Shown: positions 40,614-50,285, counted from the first letter of the stretch. The stretch is DNA of 64,000 bases from Bradymonadia bacterium (GCA_046290225.1 JBKAGE010000081.1:45412-109411); one strand, 5' to 3'. A program made the numbers and translations. Notes: generated by a model from the sequence alone, not told the origin.

Positions 40614-41216
40614 ATGTTTCGCCATCACGCCACTCTGGAGCGTATTCGAGCAGTGCTCAAGGATGATTTCCTCTCGGCGGAGATCATCGATTACCAGTTG
40701 ATCGAGCAGGTGGCCGAGGGGGCACCGTGCGAGGTCACAATCCGGCTGCGTCACACCCACGACGAGACCGTCCAGACCATCAGCGGCCGGGGGGTGGGCA
40801 TGGTGGATGCGGTGTATCATGGCCTCATCGATCACTATGCCCAGAACTACCCCTCGTTGGAGACGATCCAGATCACCCACTTCGAGGTGAAGAGCCGGAT
40901 GGACACCAGCGAGAAGAAGGGCGCCGATGCCGTGGGGGTGGTGAGCCTCACAGTGACCAACAGCGACGGGCGCACCTTCGAGTTCGAACAGTCCGGGCGG
41001 TCCATCGTGGCCTCGGCCATCGGCGTCACCGTGGAGGCCCTCGAGTTCTTCGTGAACTCCGAGCGGGCCTTCATTCGCATTTACAAGGCGCTTCGCGACG
41101 CCAAGGCCCGCAGGCGCTCAGACCTCGTCCAGGGCTTCACCGCCACCCTCGCGGAGCTGGTGAACACCACCAGCTACACCCAGATCATCGAGGACATCAA
41201 AGCCGAGATGCTGTAG
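40614..41216 (+). CDS. Stand-alone protein resembling the LeuA/CimA allosteric (dimerisation) domain
   Basis: GAGGAGG RBS; ISGRGVGMVDAVYHGL, GADAVGVVSLTV and SIVASAI..VEAL resemble G.G.GPVDA, G.DA.A.V.V and DI..AS..A of the isopropylmalate synthase C-terminal domain. Confidence 0.6.
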   Translation: MFRHHATLERIRAVLKDDFLSAEIIDYQLIEQVAEGAPCEVTIRLRHTHDETVQTISGRGVGMVDAVYHGLIDHYAQNYPSLETIQITHFEVKSRMDTSEKKGADAVGVVSLTVTNSDGRTFEFEQSGRSIVASAIGVTVEALEFFVNSERAFIRIYKALRDAKARRRSDLVQGFTATLAELVNTTSYTQIIEDIKAEML

Positions 41217-41249
41217 CTCTGGCCGAGGGCCTGCTATCGTCCGCCCGAA

Positions 41250-41978
41250 ATGCCTCGCCTGCCTCTCATCTACCTGCTGTTCGCCCTGAGTTGCCTCTCG
41301 GGCACCTTCATCACTACGTCGGCCTTTGCCGGCGGTCAGGATGAAGTGAGAGCCGAGATCGACAACATCTACCGGGGTGATCGACTCCAAAAAGAGCTCG
41401 ACGTCGATCTGTCCGACGGCTGGGGTGATCTCAAGCCCCCACAGACCACCACGTCGCAGCGGGAGCGCAGAGTGCCGACTCGGGAGCGCGATGACCTCGA
41501 ACTCGAGGTCGGGAGCGGCCTGGGCAAGGGCCTCATGTGGATCCTCATCGGGGTCTGTGGGGTGGTGCTCGTGATCGGGACGGCCCAGCGGTTGGGCAAC
41601 TACACACCTGATGTCGCGAGCACATCGGCGGTCGATGCTCAGCAGGCGCCCGTAAAGGCCGACGTGTTGAGGCGGAGAGTCGGTGGGGAGGCTGAGAGCC
41701 TCGCCCAGGCGGGTGACTATGCCGAGGCGATCCACGCGCTTCTGCTCAAGACCCTGGAGGCCCTGTCTCGCCATCGGCAGCTCAGGCCCGCCATGACGAG
41801 CCGGGAGATCGTCTCTCAGATCGAGCTGCATCCCGAGGCGCGAGACGCCCTGAGCCATCTCGTCGATGCCGTGGAGATCTCCCTCTTCGGCGGCCGTCAA
41901 CCTGGTGAGTCCGCCTGGCGGGCCTGCCAGGCGAGCTTCGAGCAGTTCCTCGGGGCCTATCAGCGGCGGGTGGCGTGA
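41250..41978 (+). CDS. DUF4129 domain membrane protein
   Basis: Signal peptide, one TM helix, A..LAQAGDYAEAIHAL and TSRE...L....E..LFGG; typical member of MoxR operons. Confidence 0.75.
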   Translation: MPRLPLIYLLFALSCLSGTFITTSAFAGGQDEVRAEIDNIYRGDRLQKELDVDLSDGWGDLKPPQTTTSQRERRVPTRERDDLELEVGSGLGKGLMWILIGVCGVVLVIGTAQRLGNYTPDVASTSAVDAQQAPVKADVLRRRVGGEAESLAQAGDYAEAIHALLLKTLEALSRHRQLRPAMTSREIVSQIELHPEARDALSHLVDAVEISLFGGRQPGESAWRACQASFEQFLGAYQRRVA

Positions 41979-43336
41979 TGGCGGGCGAGCAGGAGAACCT
42001 CTTCAGCAAAAGGGTGCTCGTCGGCTTGGCGATCACCACGGTGCTTTCCTTTATCGCCGCCCTCATGTTGGGCATCTTCGGCGATGAGATCTCCACCGGG
42101 CCTGATGGCGGGCTCTCCACTGATCATGACGGGTACAGTGTCTCGGCCATTGGCCATCAGGCCTGGGTGAGGTTGCTCGAGGTCCGAGGCCACGACGTCG
42201 TGCTCAGCGGCCGCAAGTTCCCTGCGGGGCTCGCCAGCGAGAGCCTCATGGTGATCGCCGAGCCCGAGCTCGACTTGCTTGAGCGCATGAACGAAGAGGC
42301 TGAACGGTTCGATCTCGACGGCCCGTCTCTGCTCACCCGCATCCGGGCCTCCGGGGCTCAATCGGCGGTGGTGGTCCTGCCCAAGTGGCGGGCATGGTCC
42401 AGCTGGGACGAGGGCAAGGGGTGGGTCTCCGAGGCCTGGCCGGTCTCCAAGGGAGAAGTCACCAAGGCCCTCGAGGCGCTGGGCGTCGACGGCATCCAGG
42501 CCATTCGCGTGGGCCCCCCTGGCGCTTGGGACATCAAGGGCCCGCTGCAGAGCGCCCTCAGCGCAGGGCCCACGCTCAAGTATCCACAGCTGATGTCGGC
42601 GCACCCCGACATCGAGCCGTGGATCACTGCGGGCAATGGCAGCGGTGTACTCGTGGGGTTGCTCAGAGACGACGAGATCGAGATCGTGGTGGTGGCAGAT
42701 CCGGATCTGATGGCCAACCATGGCCTGTGGCGCCCTGGAAATGCAGAGGGCATCAGCGCTGTGGTGGACACTCTGCATCTCGATCGTGGCCCCGTGGTCT
42801 TCGACGAGGCGCTCCACGGCCATGACCGAGAGCCCAGCCTGTGGGCCACGTTGTTCCAGTTCCCGTTGAGCCTCGTCATGATCCAATTGTTCGTCGTGGC
42901 ACTGGTGGTGCTTTGGGCAGGGCTGAGGCGGTTCGGCGCCCCAGAGCCCGTCCCGCCGGCCCTCGCCGCAGGGCGGCAGGTGCTCATCGAGCACACCGCG
43001 GAGCTGCTGCGCTTCGGTGGCCACTCTGGCTTCATCCTGGGGCGCTACTGGCGCCACACTGTGAAGACCCTGGCCCAGACCATGGGCGGCCCGCAGGGGA
43101 GAGCCGGTGCAGACGAAGGGCACGGAGAGCGCTTGATGTGGCTGGTCGAGCAGGCACAGCGTCGGCAGTTGCCCATCGATGTGCTCCAGTTCGATCGTCA
43201 GATCAGGCTGCTGGGTGAGGGCGGTGCCCCCCGCCGAGTGGTACAGATCGCCACCGAGATACATCGCCTGCGGGTGGCTCTGTTGGATCAGTCATCAGGA
43301 CAACGTACTGAATTGAACACCAGGAAGCGGGGCTAG
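41975..43336 (+). CDS. DUF4350 domain membrane protein
   Basis: N-terminal [35 protein letters not shown], second TM followed by RRFGAP. Confidence 0.75.
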   Translation: MMAGEQENLFSKRVLVGLAITTVLSFIAALMLGIFGDEISTGPDGGLSTDHDGYSVSAIGHQAWVRLLEVRGHDVVLSGRKFPAGLASESLMVIAEPELDLLERMNEEAERFDLDGPSLLTRIRASGAQSAVVVLPKWRAWSSWDEGKGWVSEAWPVSKGEVTKALEALGVDGIQAIRVGPPGAWDIKGPLQSALSAGPTLKYPQLMSAHPDIEPWITAGNGSGVLVGLLRDDEIEIVVVADPDLMANHGLWRPGNAEGISAVVDTLHLDRGPVVFDEALHGHDREPSLWATLFQFPLSLVMIQLFVVALVVLWAGLRRFGAPEPVPPALAAGRQVLIEHTAELLRFGGHSGFILGRYWRHTVKTLAQTMGGPQGRAGADEGHGERLMWLVEQAQRRQLPIDVLQFDRQIRLLGEGGAPRRVVQIATEIHRLRVALLDQSSGQRTELNTRKRG

Positions 43337-43355
43337 GGCCCCTGGACGGCATGAC

Positions 43356-44357
43356 ATGGACGACATGAGTGGTGGGGGGGCCATGAGCCTTGAGAAGCAA
43401 AACCCCCTCGACGAGATCAGGCAGGTGGCCCATGCCCTCAAGGGCCAGATTCAACAGGTCGTCATCGGCCAGGATCTCGCCATCGAGTTGCTGATGGTGG
43501 CGTTGCTCTCCGAGGGTCACGTGCTCATGGAGGGCGTACCCGGTACCGGCAAGACGCTGCTGGCGCGCACCTTCGCTTTGGGGCTCACGCTGCAGTTCAA
43601 CCGGGTACAGTTCACCCCCGATTTGATGCCCGGCGACATCATTGGCACCAACCTGTTCAACTTTCAAACGAACCAGTTCGTGCTCACCCAGGGGCCCATC
43701 TTCACCGAGTTTCTACTCGCAGACGAGATCAACCGTAGCCCCCCGAAGACCCAGGCCGCTCTGCTCCAGGCTATGCAGGAGCGCTCGGTGAGCATCGATG
43801 GCAAGCAGTACGATCTGGGCGCCGGGTTCATGGTGGTGGCCACCCAGAACCCCATCGAGCAAGAGGGCACATATCCGCTGCCCGAGGCCCAGCTCGACCG
43901 GTTCTTGTTCAAGGTCGACATCGGGTTCCCGACCCTCGACGAGGAGAGGCGGATGGTACGCCTGCACGGTAGCCGCACCGCCATGCCCCGTCTGGAGTCG
44001 TTCAATCTGCGGAAGGTGGCCGACCTCCCGTGGCTGGTGAAGGCCCGTCAGCAGGTGGCTCAGTTGTCGTTGAGCGACTCGATTGCCGACTACATCGTCG
44101 AGCTCGTGCGGGCCACTCGCGTGCACCCGAGTCTGCTCGGTGGCGCCTCTCCTCGAGCGTGCAACATGCTGGCCACCGCCGCTCGGGCATATGCCGCCCT
44201 CAAGGGTCGCGACTTTGTGATCCCTGATGACGTGAAGGCCCTGGCAGGGCCCACCCTGGCCCACCGCATCATCCTGGCCCCTGGTGCAGAGATCGATGGC
44301 CTCACCGCCCGCGACGTCCTGGGACAGATCATCGAGCGCGTCCCCGCACCGCGCTGA
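43356..44357 (+). CDS. moxR: MoxR family AAA+ ATPase
   Basis: [71 protein letters not shown]. Start may be 43383. Confidence 0.95.
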   Translation: MDDMSGGGAMSLEKQNPLDEIRQVAHALKGQIQQVVIGQDLAIELLMVALLSEGHVLMEGVPGTGKTLLARTFALGLTLQFNRVQFTPDLMPGDIIGTNLFNFQTNQFVLTQGPIFTEFLLADEINRSPPKTQAALLQAMQERSVSIDGKQYDLGAGFMVVATQNPIEQEGTYPLPEAQLDRFLFKVDIGFPTLDEERRMVRLHGSRTAMPRLESFNLRKVADLPWLVKARQQVAQLSLSDSIADYIVELVRATRVHPSLLGGASPRACNMLATAARAYAALKGRDFVIPDDVKALAGPTLAHRIILAPGAEIDGLTARDVLGQIIERVPAPR

Positions 44358-44376
44358 AGAGGATGCTGAGAAGACG

Positions 44377-45768
44377 ATGAACACGCCCCCCGCACAACAG
44401 AGGCAGCAGAGTCTGCCCACATCCGCAGGTGAGCGGGGCTGCGTCAGCCATCGGCGGCCCACGATGCTCGCGATCCTGTTGTGTCTGCTGGGCCTCCCCA
44501 TCGCGCTGATGCCTGTGCTCGTGAGCGCTGACCTCTGGACGATGTGGATGGCCTTCGTGGGGCTCTCCACGCTGGCCATCGGCCTGGATCTGGTGCTCGC
44601 GCTGCCCCGTCGGGCCGTGGGCTTGAAGGTCGAGGCCCCCTACACGCTCTACATCGGCGCCCGTGATCCGCTGAAGCTGGCTCTCACCATCCCCGAGAGC
44701 CGCGGGCCCATGCAGATCGACGCCCTGCTCGAGGTGGGTGAGCTGCTCAACCGCTTGCCACCAGTGGCCATCATCGTACCTGGAGGACAAGCGCCCACAG
44801 AGGTGGAGTTGATGCTGGAGCCATGGAGGCGAGGCACCACAGAGGTGCACGCCCTCTGGCTGCGGTGGAAGGGCCCCCTGGGTCTCGTGGAGCACGGGGT
44901 GCGGATCCCGCTGGAGATCAGCATGCCCATCGTGCCCGATATTCGGGCGGTGAAGGCTGCAGCGGTTCGCCTGTTCCAGAGCAGCGAGTTCCTCGCGGGG
45001 CTCAAGACACAGCGTTATGTCGGCGACGGATCAGAGTTCGAGGCGTTGCGCGAGTATCGCCCCGGCCTCGATCATCGCGCCATGGACTGGAAGGCCTCGG
45101 CCCGTCACCGCAAGCTGCTGGTGCGAGAGTTCCGAGCAGAGCGCAACCATCAGATCGTGCTGGCCTTCGACACCGGCCACCTCATGGGTGAGCCCATCGA
45201 TGGCATGCCCAAGCTCGATCATGCCATCAACGCCGGGCTGCTCCTCGCCTACTACTGCCTCAAGGGTGGCGATCGGGTAGGGGTCTTCGGCTTCGACGAG
45301 CAGGTGCGCCTCTTCGCCGAGCCCGAGGGTGGGATCGGCGCCGTACATGGTCTGCAACATCGGGTGGCCTCGCTGGACTACAGCCCCAACGAGACCAACT
45401 TCACCTTGGGCCTCACCCACTTGCTCGGTCAGCTGAAGCGGCGGTCCATGGTGGTGGTGCTCACCGACTTCGTCGACACAGTGACCGCAGAGCTGATGGT
45501 GGAGAACCTCCACAGGCTCTCCAAGCGACACCTCGTGATCTTCGTCTCCTTGCGAGATCCGTCACTCAACGAGCTGGTGGCGTCGCGCCCTGCGGGCTTG
45601 AGCTCGCTCAACCAGATCATGGTCTGTGCGGATCTGATTCAGGAGCGTGAGCAGGTCATCCGACGGTTGTCTCGCCGAGGCATCTTCTGCATCGACACGC
45701 CCCCGAGCGGCCTCACCCTGGAGCTGCTCAACCGCTACCTGGAGATCAAGCGTCGGGAGCTGCTCTGA
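44377..45768 (+). CDS. DUF58 domain (VWA-like) protein
   Basis: Two N-terminal TMs; GSEFEALREYRPG.D.RAMDWKASAR, FDTGHLM, GDRVG, VVLTDF. Confidence 0.9.
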   Translation: MNTPPAQQRQQSLPTSAGERGCVSHRRPTMLAILLCLLGLPIALMPVLVSADLWTMWMAFVGLSTLAIGLDLVLALPRRAVGLKVEAPYTLYIGARDPLKLALTIPESRGPMQIDALLEVGELLNRLPPVAIIVPGGQAPTEVELMLEPWRRGTTEVHALWLRWKGPLGLVEHGVRIPLEISMPIVPDIRAVKAAAVRLFQSSEFLAGLKTQRYVGDGSEFEALREYRPGLDHRAMDWKASARHRKLLVREFRAERNHQIVLAFDTGHLMGEPIDGMPKLDHAINAGLLLAYYCLKGGDRVGVFGFDEQVRLFAEPEGGIGAVHGLQHRVASLDYSPNETNFTLGLTHLLGQLKRRSMVVVLTDFVDTVTAELMVENLHRLSKRHLVIFVSLRDPSLNELVASRPAGLSSLNQIMVCADLIQEREQVIRRLSRRGIFCIDTPPSGLTLELLNRYLEIKRRELL

Positions 45769-46883
45769 TGGCCCAGGGGGGTGAAGACAGCCCGCTGCGC
45801 ATGTTGAGCAGGCGTCCGCACCTCAACCGCCTTTTGCAGACCCTCAGCGAAGCTCGCGGGCGCATCATGAGGGCGCCAGGTCAGACCCACGAGATCACTG
45901 TCTCTCGTGGCCAGCTGCTCAAGGCGCGTCACAGCTGGTCACAGCTGTTGCGAGAAGGGGAGAAGTCTCTACACCGCCTCTGTGCGCTGCTGTCGGATCA
46001 TCTCTTCGTTCAGCCCGCCCTGCGCGAAGGGCCTGATCAGAGCGTCCCCCGTACCGCCATCCCCAATACACTGATCCGCAGCAAGGTGATCGGCGCGCTG
46101 CCTCGGAGCGGAGAGCGCTTCACGCTGACTCAGAGGGTCACCCCGAGGCTGCTGTTGTCAGCGAGCGATCTCGACCTCGGCTATCGGCTGCTCTCGCGTC
46201 TGCGTCATCGGGATCACGGTGTGTGGTCCACCCCAGAGCTCGTAGCGAGCATGGTGGAGTACCAGCCCACGGTGCCCAACCCCCACAACGTGCAGAAGAT
46301 GATCAGCCGGGTGAAGGCGGAAGAAGAGCTCTGGAACAAGGTCTGTGACGAGCTCTTCGATCTCGACTCGCTGGTGCGCAAAGACAAGAAGCTGCGGCCC
46401 CTAAGCCGCTACATCAAAGACGTCTTCGGCATCAAGCTGGTGGTGGCCAACCCCGACGAGGTGATGCCTCTACAGCGGGTGATCGAGGGCCTGACGTTCA
46501 CCGACGAGGCCCTGCGACGTCGCCGCGTACATCCAGGTCCCGACGTGGGACGCCTCGAGTTCACCGAGGTGAAGGACTATCACACGGATCCGAAAGGCAG
46601 TGGCTGGCGGGCGGTGAAGTCCGTAGTCCGCTGGAGGGGTAGGACCTTCGAGATTCAAGTGCAGGGCCTGGCGAACTATCTGCTCGAGCAGGAGTGGCTC
46701 ACACAAGAGAGCCACGCCTCGTTCAAGCAACGTCGGGAGCGCATTCGCGACGAAGTGGCCCGCCAGATCCCGCTCTTCGGCTTCTATCGAGACCTGCTGA
46801 TGTGGCTGGTCTTGGGTCCTGAGGGTACCCATCAGGCAGAGGTGCCGACTCACCCTGGGGTGCACGTCGTCATCACGGACTGA
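45768..46883 (+). CDS. Divergent RelA/SpoT synthetase-domain nucleotidyltransferase (small alarmone synthetase-like)
   Basis: SRVKAEEELWNK, IKDVFGIKLVV, EVKDYHTDPKGSGWRAVK and FEIQVQ map onto RxKxxxSxxxK, DxxGxR, KDYxxxPKxNGYxSxH and EIQIRT; TGATG coupling to DUF58. Confidence 0.7.
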   Translation: MAQGGEDSPLRMLSRRPHLNRLLQTLSEARGRIMRAPGQTHEITVSRGQLLKARHSWSQLLREGEKSLHRLCALLSDHLFVQPALREGPDQSVPRTAIPNTLIRSKVIGALPRSGERFTLTQRVTPRLLLSASDLDLGYRLLSRLRHRDHGVWSTPELVASMVEYQPTVPNPHNVQKMISRVKAEEELWNKVCDELFDLDSLVRKDKKLRPLSRYIKDVFGIKLVVANPDEVMPLQRVIEGLTFTDEALRRRRVHPGPDVGRLEFTEVKDYHTDPKGSGWRAVKSVVRWRGRTFEIQVQGLANYLLEQEWLTQESHASFKQRRERIRDEVARQIPLFGFYRDLLMWLVLGPEGTHQAEVPTHPGVHVVITD

Positions 46884-46950
46884 TCGCACTCACACTCAAT
46901 CCGATTGCAGAGCACGATGAGTCAGAAGGCCTTGGTGAGGCTCTCTGAGG

Positions 46951-47430
46951 TCATGTTCGCCAGCGTGGGTGGGCTACAGGAAGATCATCGAAGTCGGCCC
47001 CCGCAGGTCGAATGGCGAGTTTGCAACATGTCGCGCCGGTCACGGATTGCGATTCCATCACCACAAGGCGACCACCAGAGGCCTGGATGAGGGCTCGATC
47101 GAACTCCATCGACCGCCAGCAGGCTTCGGCATGCCCGCTGCCCCTGAGGGGGCACTCAACGTGGATCTCCACGAACGCTGTCTCCCCATCAGTGTCGACC
47201 ACAGGGAAGGCTGTCCGTGGTCGAGGCATCAGCCGGTTCCACTCTTGAGCGAGATCTTCAGCGGATGTCTGCGGTCGGCGGCCATATGTGAAATGAACCA
47301 TCCATGCAAAGCATCGAGCGAGCCGCAACGAGAGGGGCTCGAGCCAACGAAACTTCGACATGAAGAACAACGGGCGTCCAGTGTTGATGAAGACGGGCAG
47401 GGTGTAGATCTTGCGGAGGAGGGCCTTCAT
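46951..47430 (-). CDS. Small hypothetical protein with Cys motif (possible ATC-hydrolase/V4R-like ligand-binding fold)
   Basis: GAGG RBS; VEIHVECPL...ACWRSMEFDRALI...GATCC pattern. Fold assignment is tentative. Confidence 0.55.
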   Translation of the reverse strand: MKALLRKIYTLPVFINTGRPLFFMSKFRWLEPLSLRLARCFAWMVHFTYGRRPQTSAEDLAQEWNRLMPRPRTAFPVVDTDGETAFVEIHVECPLRGSGHAEACWRSMEFDRALIQASGGRLVVMESQSVTGATCCKLAIRPAGADFDDLPVAHPRWRT

Positions 47431-47482
47431 CGATCACCTCTTCATGAAGCTCTGAGCTGTCTGATCGTTCCGACTCTTGACC

Positions 47483-48157
47483 TCAGAAGTGCTCAGCGAC
47501 TTTCGAGGGTACAGGCGCATGTCGGGTCGAAAGGTCGAGGGCAAATTGAGCGAGGGTCGAGACCTGCATCTGCCAGAAAATCGCAGCCACCAACCTCATG
47601 ATGCCGTGTAAATCACCGATTCGTCCAATGGCAGGGCCCATGAAGAGCTCATAGCCCCAGAGTCCGAGCAGCAGGACGGCTGCGAGATGAAACCGCATGT
47701 TCGGATCGTCTGCTTCTGTACCTGTCATCTCGCCGACACCCTGAAGGACCCTACACACGGACCAGAGTCCCAGAATCATCATGACCCCGAGAATCTCGGT
47801 GATTCGAAAATAGGTCACGAAGTCGGTGTTCGGCCAGAGCTGCAGCAGAGGCAAGACTCGACACAGGAGGCCGGCCACCACACCCACGCCGCCGACCATG
47901 AGCGCAAAATGCAGCAGCTGGCTCGACCTCTTGGGCAAAGCAAAGTGCCGCAGCTGATTGAGCCCGAACAGCATCACCAGCCCACCGATGAAGACCACTG
48001 CTCGAGCACCGAGTAGCCCCCAGAGCTGGGCTGCTGGCTGTTCGAGGATCATCTTGAACAGCACACCGAGAAACATCACCGGCAGTGCGAACACGAGCAC
48101 CCGACTCCCTCGATGAATCGAGACGAGCCCCTTCTGCGCCTGTCGCCAATCACTCAT
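47483..48157 (-). CDS. Hypothetical multi-pass membrane protein
   Basis: About six hydrophobic segments. Confidence 0.65.
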   Translation of the reverse strand: MSDWRQAQKGLVSIHRGSRVLVFALPVMFLGVLFKMILEQPAAQLWGLLGARAVVFIGGLVMLFGLNQLRHFALPKRSSQLLHFALMVGGVGVVAGLLCRVLPLLQLWPNTDFVTYFRITEILGVMMILGLWSVCRVLQGVGEMTGTEADDPNMRFHLAAVLLLGLWGYELFMGPAIGRIGDLHGIMRLVAAIFWQMQVSTLAQFALDLSTRHAPVPSKVAEHF

Positions 48158-48285
48158 TCACAACCCCCCAGCGCAGTATGCGAAAGAAGCCCGACACGAC
48201 AAGCGCACGGCAAAACAATGGCCTGTTTGACCCCATGACCAGGTCATTGCCCACAACACCCCAAAAACTCAACCCCCCACCCCCT

Positions 48286-48481
48286 CAAAGCCATAACCCT
48301 CATATGCACGTGCCCCGCGGAGGCGCGGAGGTGGTGGCAGTCGTCGTGAGCGTGGTGAGTTTGCGTGCAGATGCGGATTTTCATCCGCAGGGGTAGCAGC
48401 GCTACCCCGAGGAAGGAAAAGTCGTAGCTGTGCGTAAAATCGCCGCGCTCACGGCGGCTACCGCCGCCGGAGCGCCGGAGC
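48286..48481 (+). repeat. Structured intergenic repeat, copy D
   Basis: CAAAGCCATAACCC..ATGCACGTGCCCCGCGGAGGCGCGGAGG...AGCGCCGGAGC; ends 1 nt from the TGA at 48483-48485. Confidence 0.9.
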
Positions 48482-48482
48482 A

Positions 48483-49196
48483 TCAGAAAGCGTCGACGTC
48501 CAGGTTGCCCACAGAGGCCACGGCGTCGCGGGTGTTGCTCACGAGGCCCATGAACATCACCAGGAACACCAGGGCCAGCACGATGAGACCGATGAAGTAC
48601 AGGATACGGATGTCATAGAAGAGCCGCGGGGCGAGCAGAGGGACGAAAACCGAGCCGATGAGGGTCACCATCATGATGATCAGCTTCATGGAGGTGCCAG
48701 AAAGATCAGCACGGCCCACGGAGCGTGCTATGCGGCCCAGGGCCACCAGAAGACAGACAAAGGCCACCAGAGAGATCAGACCACGGGCGATGTTGATATA
48801 ACCCAGAGTCTCGAGATCGCTCAGGGAGCTCGCTGAGTACTGCATGATGATGGCGAGGACGGCCACCACGAAAGACAAGACAAAGCCGATGAAGGCCACC
48901 TGCATGATGCCCGCTGCGCCTGTCTCACGGGGCACCGCTGTCATGCGGGAGAGACCCACCATCATCATGATCTGGCTCACGAGGACCAGGAGCCCCATCC
49001 CGATGGCGGAGATCTGAGCCAGCAAGACGCTCATGGCCACCTGGGCGAGCAGCATGAAAGCCACCGCCCCGAGGATGGTCCACAGAATCAGCTTGATGGC
49101 GTTGTAGTAGGTGCTCAGGCCGCTGTGTACTCGGGCCCATGCTGGGTTTGCGGCGCCGCCGCCAACCTGGCCTTCGAGGCCATAGGTCAAAGACAT
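48483..49196 (-). CDS. Hypothetical multi-pass membrane protein
   Basis: GGGGAG RBS; about six TM helices; strong codon bias. Confidence 0.75.
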   Translation of the reverse strand: MSLTYGLEGQVGGGAANPAWARVHSGLSTYYNAIKLILWTILGAVAFMLLAQVAMSVLLAQISAIGMGLLVLVSQIMMMVGLSRMTAVPRETGAAGIMQVAFIGFVLSFVVAVLAIIMQYSASSLSDLETLGYINIARGLISLVAFVCLLVALGRIARSVGRADLSGTSMKLIIMMVTLIGSVFVPLLAPRLFYDIRILYFIGLIVLALVFLVMFMGLVSNTRDAVASVGNLDVDAF

Positions 49197-49346
49197 GGAA
49201 TCTCCCCTTCGCCCTTCTCAAAGAAGGTGTGTGTTGAGTCTGAACGGAGGTACAGCACATTTGGAGGCATCCCACAAGTCATCTGACTCGGGGTTGCTTC
49301 TCGCTGGAGTGGAAGGCTGACAGCTGGGCGCTGGAGGGGGTGGTGA

Positions 49347-49367
49347 GCGCCCCTATGTGAGGGGCGC
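49347..49367 (-). terminator. GC-rich hairpin downstream of the e(P4) gene (possible terminator)
   Basis: GCGCCCCT-ATGTG-AGGGGCGC perfect 8-bp stem about 20 nt after the stop; no clear U tract. Confidence 0.35.
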
Positions 49368-49388
49368 CGAGGAGGGGAGGGGGGCCGC

Positions 49389-50285
49389 TCAGCGGCTGGC
49401 TTTGTCGTCCGACGTTGGGGCCTTGGCGTCGGACTTTCGCTGGGCGTCGAGGGCCTTGAGGCGGGCCTTCATCCGGTCCTCTTCAGATTGACTGAAGTCG
49501 TAGCCGAAGGGCTCGTCGGCCCAGTAGCCGTACATGGGGTTGGGCAGCATGAACCACTGCTTTCCCCAGCGCTCCGCGTGATCGGTGATCACCTTGTCGC
49601 GCTCTGCTCGGGTGCCCTTGGCGGCGCCCTTCTTGGCCACGAAATCACCAAGGTTGTCACCGAAGAGCATGACGATCCGATAGTGCTCGGCGATCATGGC
49701 GCGACGGGGGGTCTTGTCAGATCCCCAGTCAGGCTTCTCCTTCTGGGTGAGCACGGTATCGATGCCCTCGGGCCCTGCAGCGGGCTTCATGGGGAAGCCC
49801 GTGGCCTTGAGGTTCTCTTCCGTAGCCTTGTCGACGCTGACGTCGCGGTTGGTCACGTAGAACACCGTGACCCCCTTGCTCGCCGCATACTGAGTGAACT
49901 CCACCGCCCCGGGAATGGGCTTCGCCTGGGCTTCTTTGCACCAGTCGATCCACCCCGTGGGGTAGCCCACCCCGCTCTCGATGGCCCGGACCTGGAACGG
50001 GCTGTTGTCGAGCACCGTCTCGTCGACATCGAGCACGATGGCTGGGGGCTTGTCGGCGAAGTCGCCCGTCTGCTCCAGCGCTGCCGTCCAGGTCTTGTCG
50101 GCGAGGGCTGCATCGAGCTGCCCTTTGGCGCCCATATAGGTCTGCCAGGCCGTCGCCTTGTATTCCGCAGCAGTCTGTTGCCAGACCACGGCGTAGCCCT
50201 GAGGGCTCTGAGTGGGCTGATAGCCCCCACCACACGCGGTGAGGGTGGCCATGGCCGACACACCCATCCAACGCAATCCGTTCAC
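49389..50285 (-). CDS. Class C acid phosphatase / 5'-nucleotidase lipoprotein, e(P4) family (HAD)
   Basis: Lipobox LTAC; VLDVDETVLDNSPF, FYVTNR, LFGDNLGDF, LPNPMYG; GTG start overlaps the giant gene's TGA (GTGA). Confidence 0.9.
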   Translation of the reverse strand: MNGLRWMGVSAMATLTACGGGYQPTQSPQGYAVVWQQTAAEYKATAWQTYMGAKGQLDAALADKTWTAALEQTGDFADKPPAIVLDVDETVLDNSPFQVRAIESGVGYPTGWIDWCKEAQAKPIPGAVEFTQYAASKGVTVFYVTNRDVSVDKATEENLKATGFPMKPAAGPEGIDTVLTQKEKPDWGSDKTPRRAMIAEHYRIVMLFGDNLGDFVAKKGAAKGTRAERDKVITDHAERWGKQWFMLPNPMYGYWADEPFGYDFSQSEEDRMKARLKALDAQRKSDAKAPTSDDKASR

